A DNA stretch of 64,000 nucleotides from Lama glama (GCA_028534125.1 CM052816.1:47866001-47930000), one strand, 5' to 3'. Counted from the first letter of the stretch, positions 26,025-38,249 are shown. Numbers and translations are program-made. The notes: generated from the sequence alone by a model not told the origin.

Positions 26025-26976
26025 TAGAACCCTTGTGCATTGTTGGTGGGAATGTAAAAAATGTAAAGCTGCTATGGAAACCAGTATGAAGATTCCTCAA
26101 AAAATTAAAATTAGAGCTATCATATGATCCAGCAATTCCACTTCTGGATATTTGTCCAAAATAATTGAATGAAGCATATTTGCACTTCTCACATCAGATG
26201 CAGACAGTTTACCACCAGATATATTTGTACTTCTTTGTTTATTGCAGTATTATTCACAATAGCCAAGGTGTATAAACAACCTAAATGTCCATCCAAGGAT
26301 AAATGGACAAAGAAAATCTGACATGTACAGCTGACTCTTGAACAACATGGATTTGAACTGTGTGGGTCCACTTACAGGTGAATATTTTTTTTAAAAAAAA
26401 TACACAGTTGCACCTCTGTATTCAAGGGTTTTGCATCCATGGATTCAACCAAATGGGATCCAAATTTTCACCTGTGGTTGGTTGAGTCCATGGATGTGGA
26501 ATGTGCAGATACAGAGAGCTGACTATAGGTTTTGAGCATCTTTGGACTTTGGTAAATGTCCTGAAACCAATCCCCCTTGGATGCTGAGGGATAACTGTAC
26601 ATACAATAAAATATTATTCAACCTTTAAAAAGAAGGAAATCTTGCCATTTATGATAACATGAATAAACACATAGGACATTATGCTAGGGGAAGTAAGCCA
26701 GTCACAGAAGGACAAATTCTATATTATTCCACCTGTCTGAGGTAGATATAATTGCCAAACTCATAGAGGCATAGAGTAGAATAGTGATGGCTAGGGCTGA
26801 GTGGAGTGGGAAATGGGGAATTGCTGTTCAACTGGGGTACAGTTTCATTTATGGAAAATGACTTAAGTTCTAGAGATCTTCTGTGCCACATTGTGCCTAT
26901 ATGTAACAATATCATATTATATACTTCAAAATGTTTTAAAACAGTAGATCTCATGTTAATGTTCTTACTATAATAA
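26025..26976 (+). mobile_element. 5'-truncated L1MB-like 3' end
   Basis: ttgttggtgggaatgtaaa...atatgatccagcaattccacttctgg...gtagatctcatgttaatgttcttactataataaaaaa. TSD aaaaaaggcaaagataat (26007-26024) / aaaataggcaatgataat (26977-26994). Confidence 0.9.
26328..26597. mobile_element. Tigger2/MER8-like non-autonomous TcMar element
   Basis: Ends cagctgactcttgaacaacatggatttgaactg ... gagggataactg. TA duplications at 26326-26327 and 26598-26599; the L1 sequence resumes cleanly on both sides. Confidence 0.88.
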
Positions 26977-27274
26977 AAAATAGGCAATGATAATAGCTAC
27001 TATATTATTGGGATGATTAAAAGTAGATGATATATGCAAAGCACTTAGAACCTGGACTAACACAGTTCAGTCAATCCTCAATACACAATAGCCATTTAGT
27101 AATATTAAAAGGTGCTTACTGTTGAGGAAGAGATTAATCAATAAACAAGCAAGATATTTGGGTTTTACCACTTTCACAAACAAAAAATAACATAAGGAAA
27201 CAATGCATAAAACATACCCAGATGCAATTCTAAATGATGCATAAAGTTGGAAGCATACTTCTTTATTTTTCACT

Positions 27275-27750
27275 TGTTTAATTAAAACTTTGAGTTTTCA
27301 AGTTTCAAAAATTAAAACTTTTAAATGGGTATACAGTGAAAAATCTTGCACCTTAATCCCTATTTACTCAGTCTTAATCCTCTCTCTTCCCCTCAAAGCA
27401 GGTAACCACTGTTAACATGTTTTGTTTTTTTTTTTTTAATCTTTTCAGGGATGTTGTATACAATAAACATAAAAAAGAGTATTCTATATCTTGTGTTTTG
27501 CATAAATGGTGGCATGCTATACACAGAATTCTACATTTTTTTAGTAAATGTATATCAAGTATCATATAAATCATATGTAAGGAATCTTCTCATTCTTATA
27601 TGCCTGAGGAGTATTTCAAATGTCCAATGTAATATAATTTAACAAGTTAAATATGAAATTGTTGAAAACTGACTGTATTAGAACTATGAAACTAACAATT
27701 TTGTACAAGTTATCATATATTTAACTAATGTCCTATTGAAGGACATTTAA
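27275..27750 (-). mobile_element. Ancient L1ME-like 3' fragment
   Basis: aggtaaccactgttaac; cataaatggtggcatgctatacaca; tcctattgaaggacattta. Confidence 0.55.
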
Positions 27751-27751
27751 T

Positions 27752-27898
27752 ATTTTATAAATAAAGTTTTATTAGAACTCAGTTACATCCAATTATGTTG
27801 TCTGTCTTGCTCTGGTGCAGCAGAACAGACACTGCAACACAGACCATTTGGCCTTGAAAGTTGAAAATGGTAGCTATCTGTATAAAAACTTAAACCCT
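27752..27898. mobile_element. MER58A-like hAT fragment
   Basis: taaataaagttttattagaactcag...gcaacacagaccatttggcc...aaaat...tatctg. Confidence 0.65.
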
Positions 27899-28432
27899 TA
27901 TTGTAAATAATTTGTTTTTTTTATTAGAAAAAATCTGATGACATGTTATAGAACTGATTTATTGTAACTGTTTGTAATGTTCATCTTCAGTTAATGGAGA
28001 GAACTGTTAATAGTTGTCTGAGTTCATTGTCCATGTATTCATGTAAAAACTAAGAATTAAAATTAACAATTAATTTGGAACAGGTCATTGATAAAGTTTT
28101 GTCAATGTTCCATCTTTGGGCTCAATCTTCTTAAATAACTAGTAACTCTGAAGTAGGTATGTTTTCAGCAGATTTGTGTCTTCTGGTTCTCATGTAGTCA
28201 GCAGTATCACTATTCCTCCCATGTAGATAGTAATATCTAAAATATTTTATGTCTATTACATTTTGCTCATCAACTTTCTACAAAATGAAAATTCAGTACT
28301 TAATTTTTAAGTTAACATAAACTTTCTTTTTTATATTTATTGTTACTAAAAGAGTTTACAAGAAAAAAATTTTAGTAAGTATTACTCTCAATAACATAAA
28401 TGTTTTAGGTTCACACTGTAGAGTAAGTGACC

Positions 28433-28971
28433 TGTTAAGTAGTTAGGTAAGTAGGGACACCAGGAAGATACGGTGGAGGAGTAGGAGGATGGTGTGAAAG
28501 AGGACAATATGCCTGCCTTTAGCATAAAGGGGCTTTACTTCCTCTAAATAAGTGCCAGCAAGAAACTGGTTAGAACCCGATGGCCACGACTGCACAGTAG
28601 TGACAAGGACCTAACCAGACATGACCCAATGCTCACTGTAATATAATTAGCATTGTGGTTTAGTGCCCCATCCCACCACAATGAGTTTTCCTGTGTGCAT
28701 CATGGGTAACGACATGCACAAAATGGGACAAGCATGACTAAGTACTGCAGGGGCAAGAGCCATCAGTCTATCAAGAGACCACGAGAGGGGACAAAGACCA
28801 TTGTTATCCACTCTTGGATCAGCCTGCCTTCCACTCTTGGAGGTGTACTTTTGCTTTGCTAATAAAATCTTTAAAATCTTTTGCTGCACAACACTTTCGT
28901 CTCCCATCTGAGTTCTTCTCTTTCGGGCAAGACAAAAACCAAAGCTTTTTTTTCCCCTTTCTAGGGTAACA
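28433..28971 (+). mobile_element. Solo LTR, ERV1-type (copy A)
   Basis: TGTTA...TAACA termini, 4-bp TSD gacc (28429-28432, 28972-28975), AATAAA at 28861; homologous to 33440-33982. Confidence 0.9.
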
Positions 28972-31679
28972 GACCCAACAATAAAACAAAAGCATTCTGA
29001 ATATTCTCTCTGCTCTCTATGGTGTAACCATCCAGCTTCTATTCACAGGCACGTTTCCCTTACACCTACCCTTTAATTTCCCTCATCACATCTGCTCTTG
29101 GACAGCCTTACAACTTGTGCATCTCACAGTCCCTGCAGAGGACTTGACACAAATGGTTAGATCTCCAAGTGTAGGTATGGGTAATGGTTTCTAACACTTC
29201 CTCAAAAAATGAGACCTGAAGGAGTTAGCAGCCCCTAGCTGCTCTTGTCCTTTGTTCTTTGTTGTCTTAGTGGGCAGTCAGCCTCCTGTCTGTGACAGGA
29301 AAGTGTTAGTTACTTGTCTGAAAAATCTTGAGAAATAACAAATAGATTTTCATATGTTAAAGCAAGACTTATGTTCATTGCATAGCTGATGGTGTCCAGA
29401 TTCTCCCCTAAGCATGCCATAAGGTTGGACAGACTTTACAGAGCCGCCAAGAGGATTCTAGGTCTTAGTGACTTTTATTGACTGCTCTAGTGCTGAGGCA
29501 GTTAAGCCTATTTGTTGCAGCTAGCAACACGGGCTCCCAGAGGCAGGAAGCTGGTGCCAGGTGTACGAAAGCCCAGAGCTCCACAGCTCTGCTTCACCAC
29601 CTGCATAGCTATGTAGCTCTTGGAGAATGCAACTCAAGTTGGGGAATTCTTTTATCCAGTCATCAAATTTATCTTGACAGTCGAGGAACAAAGTGAAGAA
29701 AACAGGTTGAAAAAAATGTAATGCAGTGAGTAACTCAGAGATGGGTGAAGAAGCTGTTCTCTGTGCTGGGAAAAGTATGTGCAATATTAATAAACTCAAA
29801 GGAGTATTAAAAATATCATTCATATTCACATTTCTTCAAAACACTGAGCTAGACAAAGAAAATATCTATACTGGCCAAATTCTACTTAGGAGCCATAAGT
29901 CAGTTCAACACTTTCTTCTACAAAGAAGGAAATTGATGCCAATAAAATTTAAGTGACATGTCCAAGTGATAGGTCTAATCAGGGGTTATGCTAGGATCAG
30001 AAGGTGTTCATTCTTCCCACAATTCATGAACAATTTAATGTTAAATTCTTTTAACAGCTATTTACAGCCCGGGAATTCATGAATACTTCCAAATATGCTT
30101 TAATGCATTTATACTTCCTGAATGGAACCTCTCTTGATGTAATATGTTCAACAAATTAATCCCCCTCTTTGTAAAATACTACCTTAATCCTGAGCTGGCA
30201 AGAAACTGCAGCGGCTCCTGAACAGTACATCTCACAGAGGCTTAAGAGAAAGGCCATGTGGGTTTTTTTCAAAAGCATCTTGATCCCATGCTTGCAAACG
30301 TGGACCTTCTAAATATACCTCCGCAAGGACAGCGCACTGATTATGCAAATGAATTCACTGTTTTTCTAGGTCACAGCAGGCCTACTTCTACATAGAATGT
30401 GCCAACAGGAATATCAGGGGGATGCCTGCTGCCAGAATGTAAATGGCTTCTACTGACAAAACTTGACCAGAGATTAAAGTTGTTATGTAACTCTTATCTT
30501 CCCACGCACTTGAGAGCCATGGTCTCAGACATCTCTGCCCTCCAGAAATAACAGCCATGCTGGCTTCCAGGCTGGATGAGTTAGAGTTACCGGCTAAAAC
30601 GCATTCCCCCATTCTGTTGTTAACTCTGTACCATCTTAGAAACTGTGTCTCGGATTCCTTATCTGAATAATTGTGTTTATTTTTAAATGGGAGTAGGGTG
30701 TGGGTATTTATGGCAGCTAATGTCTTGTTAACATACCCAAGGAGAACTTGATCACATAATGCTGGCTGTTTGGTTTCCTCACATGCAAAACAAGTACCAA
30801 CATTGCTATTATTTAATGTCATATCATAGGGAAGGTTGATTATGTTATAAAATGTTAAGAAAATTCACCAAAATTCCAAGATAATACATCATTATTCAAT
30901 AACTTGTCTTCCACAGTGGGTTAAAATATATACTGAATTTCTCACCCTAACAGGAATTTTCATGGGCAATAGTTACCCTTTGTTAATTGCAAACACAGTT
31001 TTGTTGCAGTCAAACACTGGGCATGGACCCGGATACGGAGGAACCAGTGCTGGTTCTGCTGCTGACACCTGTGGGACCCTGGGCATGCTCTCAACATCAC
31101 TCAGCTTTTGTTACCTCCATGAAAAGTAAGCATAATTCCATACAAAGAACTTTGTAAACTAAAAGCTTTTATACTAAGGTGTCATTGTTATGATATCAAT
31201 ATTGTGGCTTATGAGTACTGAAGCTAATGTTAACCAATTTTGTTGTTCTTTCTTTCTGGCCTTTTATCTCTGTCTTCCTTTGGGAACTTTGTAGGAGAAA
31301 AAAAAAATTGATTTCCTTCCTGGAGAAACTTGCAATTAGAGCACAATCAAGATATACTATTTTCAGGAGGTAACATCACCTTTTCTTTTGTGTGGTACTT
31401 CACAATTTACTCTGTACTTTCACAGATGATAGATTTGATATTTATTTAATGCTCAGAGATGGTGCTGGCTATGGTATCACTACTCTCCTGTGCACATGGC
31501 TGGACAACTGTGGCTACAAAATTGTTCCCTACGTCCTTTGTTTGGAGGTTCGATATTCCATCTGTCTATTGGCTGTACTGCAGGCCACCCGAATTCTTTG
31601 AGTGAACATCAACAGAACTTCCTCTAGAGGTTTACAGGTCTGTCCTTTGACCTTTCAGGTTGTCCAGTATGTTTAGTAA

Positions 31680-31895
31680 AATCAACACAGACTTTGGAAA
31701 TAGATGGATTTCAAAACTCAGTTCTACACAGCTGTGTGGCCCTAGGCAAGACCCTTTGCTTCTTAGAGCCTCAGTTTCCAGACTGTAGGGGTGATCATTT
31801 CATCTAGGTCATATAGCGGATGTGGGGAGATCACAGTCCAAGCACAGCTCTGTACTCAATGCCTGGTGTAAAGTAGGAATTCAGTAACTGTTCAT
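31680..31895 (+). mobile_element. MIR SINE
   Basis: cacagactttggaaatagatggatttcaaa...agctgtgtggccctaggcaag...gagcctcagtttcc...tgcctggtgtaaagtagg. Confidence 0.7.
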
Positions 31896-32084
31896 CCCCT
31901 TTTCCTTTCTTTTTATTTATCCCTCTTTTAGCTGATTTGATATCTTCCTGATCCTCCTAGTGCTGTTGTTTCCCTATTTGGCTGTCTGCTCTCTGGGAAA
32001 TTTTTTAGTCTTCCTTTTGCCTGTAAAGGACTTGTGCATTTACCAAAGGGGAGGAATCAGCCTGCAAGTGAGATGGGAGAGCAC

Positions 32085-32285
32085 AGAGGAAGAGCACTGA
32101 TGTAAGAATCAGGGGAACTCTGCTCTACCCCTGGCCCTGTGGGGAGTTATCTGGTCTCCGGCAAGGCACTTCCATGTTCCTCACCCTTGTAAAATAAGGA
32201 TGCTAATATTTATCTTACTACTTTAGAGAAAGTTTGTTACTTCAAATAACAAAATTATGTGAAAACACTTTAAAGTTTGCAATAA
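32085..32285 (+). mobile_element. MIR/MIR3 fragment
   Basis: gaagagcactgatgtaagaatcagg...ggcaaggcactt...tgtaaaataaggat...atgtgaaaacacttt. Confidence 0.5.
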
Positions 32286-33439
32286 CATTAAAGTGGAAAA
32301 TTAAAGGACTTTCCCCTTAAAATACCATAACAAAGCAAGAGGGCAATGGTGTGGTCTACTTTCCAATCCAAGAATCTGGGGATTTTTCTCTCTTAGTGTC
32401 ACAGAAGACTTCAAAGACCCCAGCATTATATGCTTTTGGTGGGGGTTATAATAAACTGGTCCAGGATGCTTCAGGATGCCTATGGAAAGGACATTAATGA
32501 TTGGATTCAGGCATTCATTCTCAGTCCAGGTTTGTTAGAGCTATGGTATGCTGGAGAAAATTGTATATCTTTTTCATCTTCAGGGTAGTTTGAGAATAAA
32601 TCAAACTTGGTCAAGGAAGTTTGAGTTCTAACTACAAAAGTGGTATACTTCCTCTGAAACAAAGTACCAGAAGCAAAATTAAAACCAAAGAACTCACATC
32701 TCTGAGTCTGTTGTGCAGACTTCGTGACCCCTGCACACAGAGTTCATCTCTGGACTCTCCCTAGTTTAATGACAGTCACAGTTCTGACCTCTGCCTGAAA
32801 TTATGAAGTTTGACATCAGGGGCAGTTGAAAGCTGTGAGAAAAACAACAGACTCTTGTTCAGATAGGATGTAACAATTTTCCACTCAAAGTGAATCACTG
32901 ACAAATCTCTACAGGAGAACAGCTCTGCGAAGTATTGTCTGAGCCCATCACCACTTAACAAAGATTGCACTCTGGTTTATTTCTCATTTCAAAGTGTGTG
33001 TGTATGTGCTGTTTTCCCCTTCCACCCACTCATTTCCCCTCTGTGAACTCCTTTTTACCGGTAAAGGTTTTGGCAGAACAAAGGCGTGAAAAGAAATTCA
33101 GGCTGGCAGATACAATGCTAGCCGAACACATAATGGGAGTTAGCGGCATGAGTCAGCGAAGAGATTTATTGTTAAATCCCAGAAACTATATTCGACTGAG
33201 AAAATTAGGAAAGAATTAAGAAAAAGAATGAAACAGGACTACAAGGCTAATAAATTATAGGATTCCTTCAATTAGAGACACTTTTAATTGTCACTTGGGA
33301 CTTGAGTTCACTGAAAATGCTTATATTCCCAAGTCATCGCTAACCTAAGTGTATAGAATAAGAGTATAGCAGATATCTTTGTGTTTTGATGCCTTTAAAA
33401 AGTAAGTACTTTCACTTACTCATTCAACAGATACTGATT

Positions 33440-33982
33440 TGTTAGGTAGTTAGATAGGTGGGGCACCAGGCAGACAGGTGGAGGAGGGGGAGGGTGGTCC
33501 AGAAGAAATGCTTGCCTCCAGCATAAAGGGACTTGACTTCCTCTAAATGAGGGCCAGCAAGAAACTGGTTAAAACCTGACAGCCAGGACTTCGAGGCAGC
33601 AGAAAGGACCCAACATGACACAACCAATGCTCATTGTATTATAATGAACATTGCAGTTTAGCCCCCTACATGGGCTTTTCTGAATACAATATGGGTAAGG
33701 ACATGGGCAAAAGGGGCCAAACATGACTAAGCATTCCAGGGACAAGAGCCGTCAATCAATCAAGAGACCACTTCTAAGAGCGGGTATAAGAGAAAGAGGA
33801 GACAAAAACCTCCGCTTTTCCTCCCTTAGATCAGTCTGCCTTCTGTTCCCTTGGACATAAATCATTTTTTTAAAGTAAATCTTTTAAAGTCTTTCGCTAC
33901 ACAATGCAACGTCTCCTGATTGTACTATAAACTTGTCTTTCAGGTATGGCAAGAATCGGGGTCTTTACTTTTTGGGATAACG
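33440..33982 (+). mobile_element. Solo LTR, ERV1-type (copy B), inserted in an L2 tail
   Basis: TGTTA...TAACG termini, TSD gatt (33436-33439, 33983-33986). Flanks rejoin as cattcaacagatactgattgagtacatactatgttccag (L2 tail). Confidence 0.88.
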
Positions 33983-34684
33983 GATTGAGTACATACTATG
34001 TTCCAGCAGTCCCTGAAGAAGAGAGTGTATCAGAGACAGTGGTGAGATAAATATGTCACGCTTCCAATGGATTCGGTTCCTCTAAGGTACCAAAACCTTT
34101 CCAAATAGTTCTACTCTATCAGTCCCTAAAAACCCTACTTTTTGCTGCTCCTGTAGCCAGGAAAACAGACAGACAAACAAAACCCCAAGAAGTAGGCAGA
34201 AGTGAAGGGTGGGAGCTGCTTTGTTGGACTGATGGGAGAAACGCTTCAGAATGTGACTCAGGGTCTATGTGTGGGGTTGGGGTTGGGGATGGTAAGGAGG
34301 ATGCATTTTTAGCATAATCAAGTCAAAGATCTGTTAAAAGGAGGAATGCAAATCTCTTAAAAAGCCTTGGTTAAGTTTTTCCAGAGGGTTTTTAAGTCCA
34401 TACAATGCTATCTTTTTTTTGTTTGGCTTTTGTTTGTTTTTCTCTATCAATGGAAAGATTAAGTAACAGCCAAGATTAGGGAATTTACATCACATTATTT
34501 TTCTTCACCCACCAGGCCAAAAATCACCCTTTCCTTTAGCCAGTGGCAAGGATTCAGGTATACAATCCACAAGATGTCAGAGGGACATTGGTATAAGACA
34601 ATTTCTGAAGGAAGGGAGTTGTGTTTTACCGAGGTACAGAATCATGGAAAAAGAAAATATGGGGGAGTTGGGAATACTGAAAGA

Positions 34685-35019
34685 AACCAAAAAGAAAAAA
34701 AGAACACTAATGAACTCATCTACAAAACAGAAACAGACTTGCAGACATAGGAAACAATCTTATGGTTACGGAGGTGGTGGTGGTGGGAAAGGATAAATTT
34801 GGGAGTTTGAGATTTGCAAATGTTAACCACTATATATAAAAATAGATTAAAAAACAAATCTCTTCTGTAGAGCAAAGGGAACTTATATTCAATATCTTGT
34901 AATAACCTATAATGAAAAAGAATATGAAAACGAATGTATGTATATATATGCCTGACTGGGACATTGGTCTGTACCCCAGAAATTGACACATTGTAACTGA
35001 CTATACTTCAATTAAAAAA
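34685..35019 (+). mobile_element. Young 5'-truncated L1 3'UTR followed by a (TA)-rich tail
   Basis: aatgaactcatctacaaaacagaaacagact...atattcaatatcttgtaataacctataatgaaaaagaatatg...actatacttcaattaaaaaaa. Confidence 0.88.
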
Positions 35020-36067
35020 ATACATATATATACATACATGTATATATCTTATTCAAGAGATAGACTTTGGGAAGAAAAAATGGGGGAGGGGGAAATGCAT
35101 TGAATTAGGAAAAGAGGAAGTACTCTAAAGGCTTCAGACTGATCAACTCCAAAGATCCTGACAGTGAGGTTCCATTTTTGTAGGGTACAATGATACAGAT
35201 TAGTTACTGGTGAAGAATAATTTTTGAAAGATAAAATGAGTTTCCTACAAATGCAAAATGAGCATGGATTGAAGATTTTAACCAATTTATAAATGAGGGA
35301 AGCTGTATGAAGATTCAAAAGAAAATACATAGATGATTTTATATACATACACATATACACACATATATATATGGTGGGGAGAGGAAGAGACAAACAGAAA
35401 GGCTGAAATGAATGTGTTAATAGAAGCAAAACTATCTAATATCCGACTGAGCAATGACTGCAATGTTTGTGTTATTGTTTCAACCAGGAGGAATTAAACT
35501 GTAGCTCTAGTGGATAAAATTCATTTGCATAGTTACAAATAGGAATCATTTGTGTTGCCACGGAGGGGAATCACAAACTTGAGCAATTTATTTAATCTCT
35601 AGATCTACAGAACATACAATAGCCTAGTCCCTTGAAAATTAATCCAAATTGCATTTTCCTAGAGAATCAGATTATCCTTGGAGGGTCCCCTGGACAATAG
35701 CCAGCATGCCACTGGAAGGTAATTTAGTGATATCTTTTACACATTTCCAAGCTTAGACTTTTTCTTCATCTTAGACTAAGGGAACAACTGATTGTTTTTT
35801 TGTTTGTTTGGTTTTTTTTCAGTCCCCTGTGTCTGTATAGTGTTGATATTAATAAAAAGTTACTTAGATTTTCATAAAGTTTTAGAATCTATGTTCACTT
35901 TCAGAAAAGTAGACACTGAGTCATCCAGAATATGCTATTCAAAAGAATAGCATAATCCCCTTTCTTCAGTCACCAGGAAGCATTTGAAAGAAAGTTTATT
36001 TCCTTGACCTTCACTGTCCCTAGAGAATAGTTACCAACATATTCTACAGGACAGAATAAAATATGCT

Positions 36068-37087
36068 TTTCTTCAGATATGTACCCAGGAGTGGAATTGC
36101 TGGATCACATGTTGTAGTTCTAGTTTTAGGTTTGTTTTTTTTTTTTCCCAGTGGCCGCACCAATTTATATTCCCACCAACAGTGTATAAATGTTCTGTTT
36201 TCTCCACATTCTGGTCAACACTTTTAATCTGTAGACTTTTTAATTATGGCCATTCTGACTGGTGTGAGGTGATACTGTGGTTTTAATTTTCATTTCTCTG
36301 ATTAACAATCTTGAGTATCTTTTCACATGTCTATTGGCCATTGGCATGTCTTCTTTGGAAAAATGTCTATTTAGGTCTTCTGATAATTTTTAATAGGGTT
36401 TTTGATATTGATTTGTATAAGCTATTTATATATTTTGGATATTAATCTCCTATTGGTCATATCATTTGTAAATATTTTCTCCCATTCAATTGGTTGTCTT
36501 TTCAACTCCGCCACTGAGAATTTATCCAAAAAACCCCAAAACAGTAATTTAAAAAGATACATGCATCCTAATGTTCATAGCAGCATTATTGCAATAGGCA
36601 AGATATGAAAGCAACTGAAGTGTCCATCAACAGAGGAATGGATAAATATGTGGTAAGTATATACAATGGAATACTACTCAGCCATACAAAAGAATGAAAA
36701 TTTTGCCATTTGCAAGAGCAAAGATATATTTGGAGGGTATTAAACTAAGTGAAATAAGTCAGATGGAGAAAGAAAAATATTGTGTTACCACTTGTATGTG
36801 GAATATAAAAAATAAACTAGTGAATAAAACAAAAACAAACAGACTCACAGCTATAAAGAACAAACTATTGGTTACCAGTGGGAAGAGGGAAAGAGTGAGG
36901 GACAAGATAGAAGTCAGGCATTAAGTACAAACTACCATGTATAAAGTAAATAAGCTATAATAATATATTGTACAGCACAGGAAATAAGCCAATATTTTAT
37001 AATAGCTGTAAGTGGTATATAATCTATGAAAAAATAAATACAGCATGATGTATTTTAAAGATAAATAAATAAAATAAAATCATTTGT
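36068..37087 (+). mobile_element. 5'-inverted (twin-primed) L1
   Basis: 36068-36504 is minus-strand L1 and 36505-37080 is the plus-strand 3' end. Candidate TSD taaaatatgct (36057-36067) / taaagtatgct (37088-37098). Confidence 0.85.
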
Positions 37088-37666
37088 TAAAGTATGCTGA
37101 TACAAGAACAGATTTTCTAGACAATCTAATAGAACTTATTTGAATGTACTCTTCATTATCTGAACACTGACTAGTCTATTCAACATGTTCTTTATATTTA
37201 AGTATACTGACTGCTTTTTTAATGAGATATTTGGGTCCCATGGATTCATCATTTTTCATTAATATTCCATCTGTCCACCTAAAGACCCATTGCTCCTATG
37301 GTCTTTGGTATGGTATGGTATGGTATAGAGTAGGTCCTAGGCTAGAAGTTAACCTGGGTGGGCACTAAGGTCCTGAGCCATACTGATAGGTGGGTATGAG
37401 AGTACAGGAAGAGACACAGCTGGGCCAGACCTAGAGGAAAGTGACTCAGTACAACAGCTGACCACAGAGAGTGGATTAGGCAGTCCAAAACTTTATGGAT
37501 AAAAATTAGGCATAAGCATGAAAAAATTTGGAAAATAGTCTGTATTAGGAGGACTAGTGCAACAACAGGCAACTACTGGAAAAAGCTCCATTCATAAATC
37601 ATGCCAATAAATGTCAGAAATCTGTGGATCCAGGGAACAGAAACCAGCTTACTTTAGAGAGAGCAG

Positions 37667-38249
37667 TGTAGGGGAACAAAATTTGCCACCCCAAAATGTC
37701 TCTCTTTCATATGAAGATTAATTTAGGTTGATTATTTTTAAGAAACAAAAAAGTCATGAAGTCTTTGTTTTTAACAACCCCCTCCAATGATTTAGCTGCC
37801 TAAAAAATGTAGATAGAGGACCTGTTCCAGGAAAGGAGCTGTCACCACAGTATCTGTAGTATGTACTAGGTGTGACAGACAGGGAGGAACCTAGCAAAGT
37901 CTGTTTGTTAAAATTCCTCTCTGTGTCCTGTTGTCTTTGTGTCCCACTGGCTCAGAAAAATACTTGTTTACCAGATATTTGCTTTTCCATCTCCAGATGA
38001 ATTGCCTTTCCTTTCTCTGACGTCCCAAACCAGTTATACCCCCAACATTTTCATCATCTTTTCCTCAGCTGAAGGTGGCATTTAAGATGAGGACTTTGGC
38101 CATTTTGGCAAGTCCTGGGTCTCTCCCATGTACACATGTTATTAAATCTTTGTTTGATTTTCTCCTATTAATCTGTCTCATGTCAGCTTAATTCTTAGAC
38201 CAGCCAGAAGAACCTAGAAGGATACAGGAATATTCCTTCCTTCTAGACA
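37667..38249 (+). mobile_element. Solo LTR, MER34-like (ERV1)
   Basis: tgtaggggaacaaaatttgccaccccaaaat ... agaccagccagaagaacctagaagg...gaca. TG..CA ends, near-TSD gcag/gcat, ATTAAA at 38141. Confidence 0.8.

Larger units (their letters stand above)
25908..27085 (+). mobile_element. MIR split by an L1 insertion (halves about 25908-26024 and 26995-27085)
   Basis: Left half tgtaactttgagcaatttactta...; right half gataatagctac...gattaaaagtagatgatatatgcaaagcacttagaacctgg. Confidence 0.65.

Noticed and set aside
28433..33982. A single provirus bounded by two LTRs
   Set aside because: Each LTR has its own TSD, there is no PBS/PPT or retroviral ORF, the LTRs are too diverged, and the interior holds MIR/L2 fossils.
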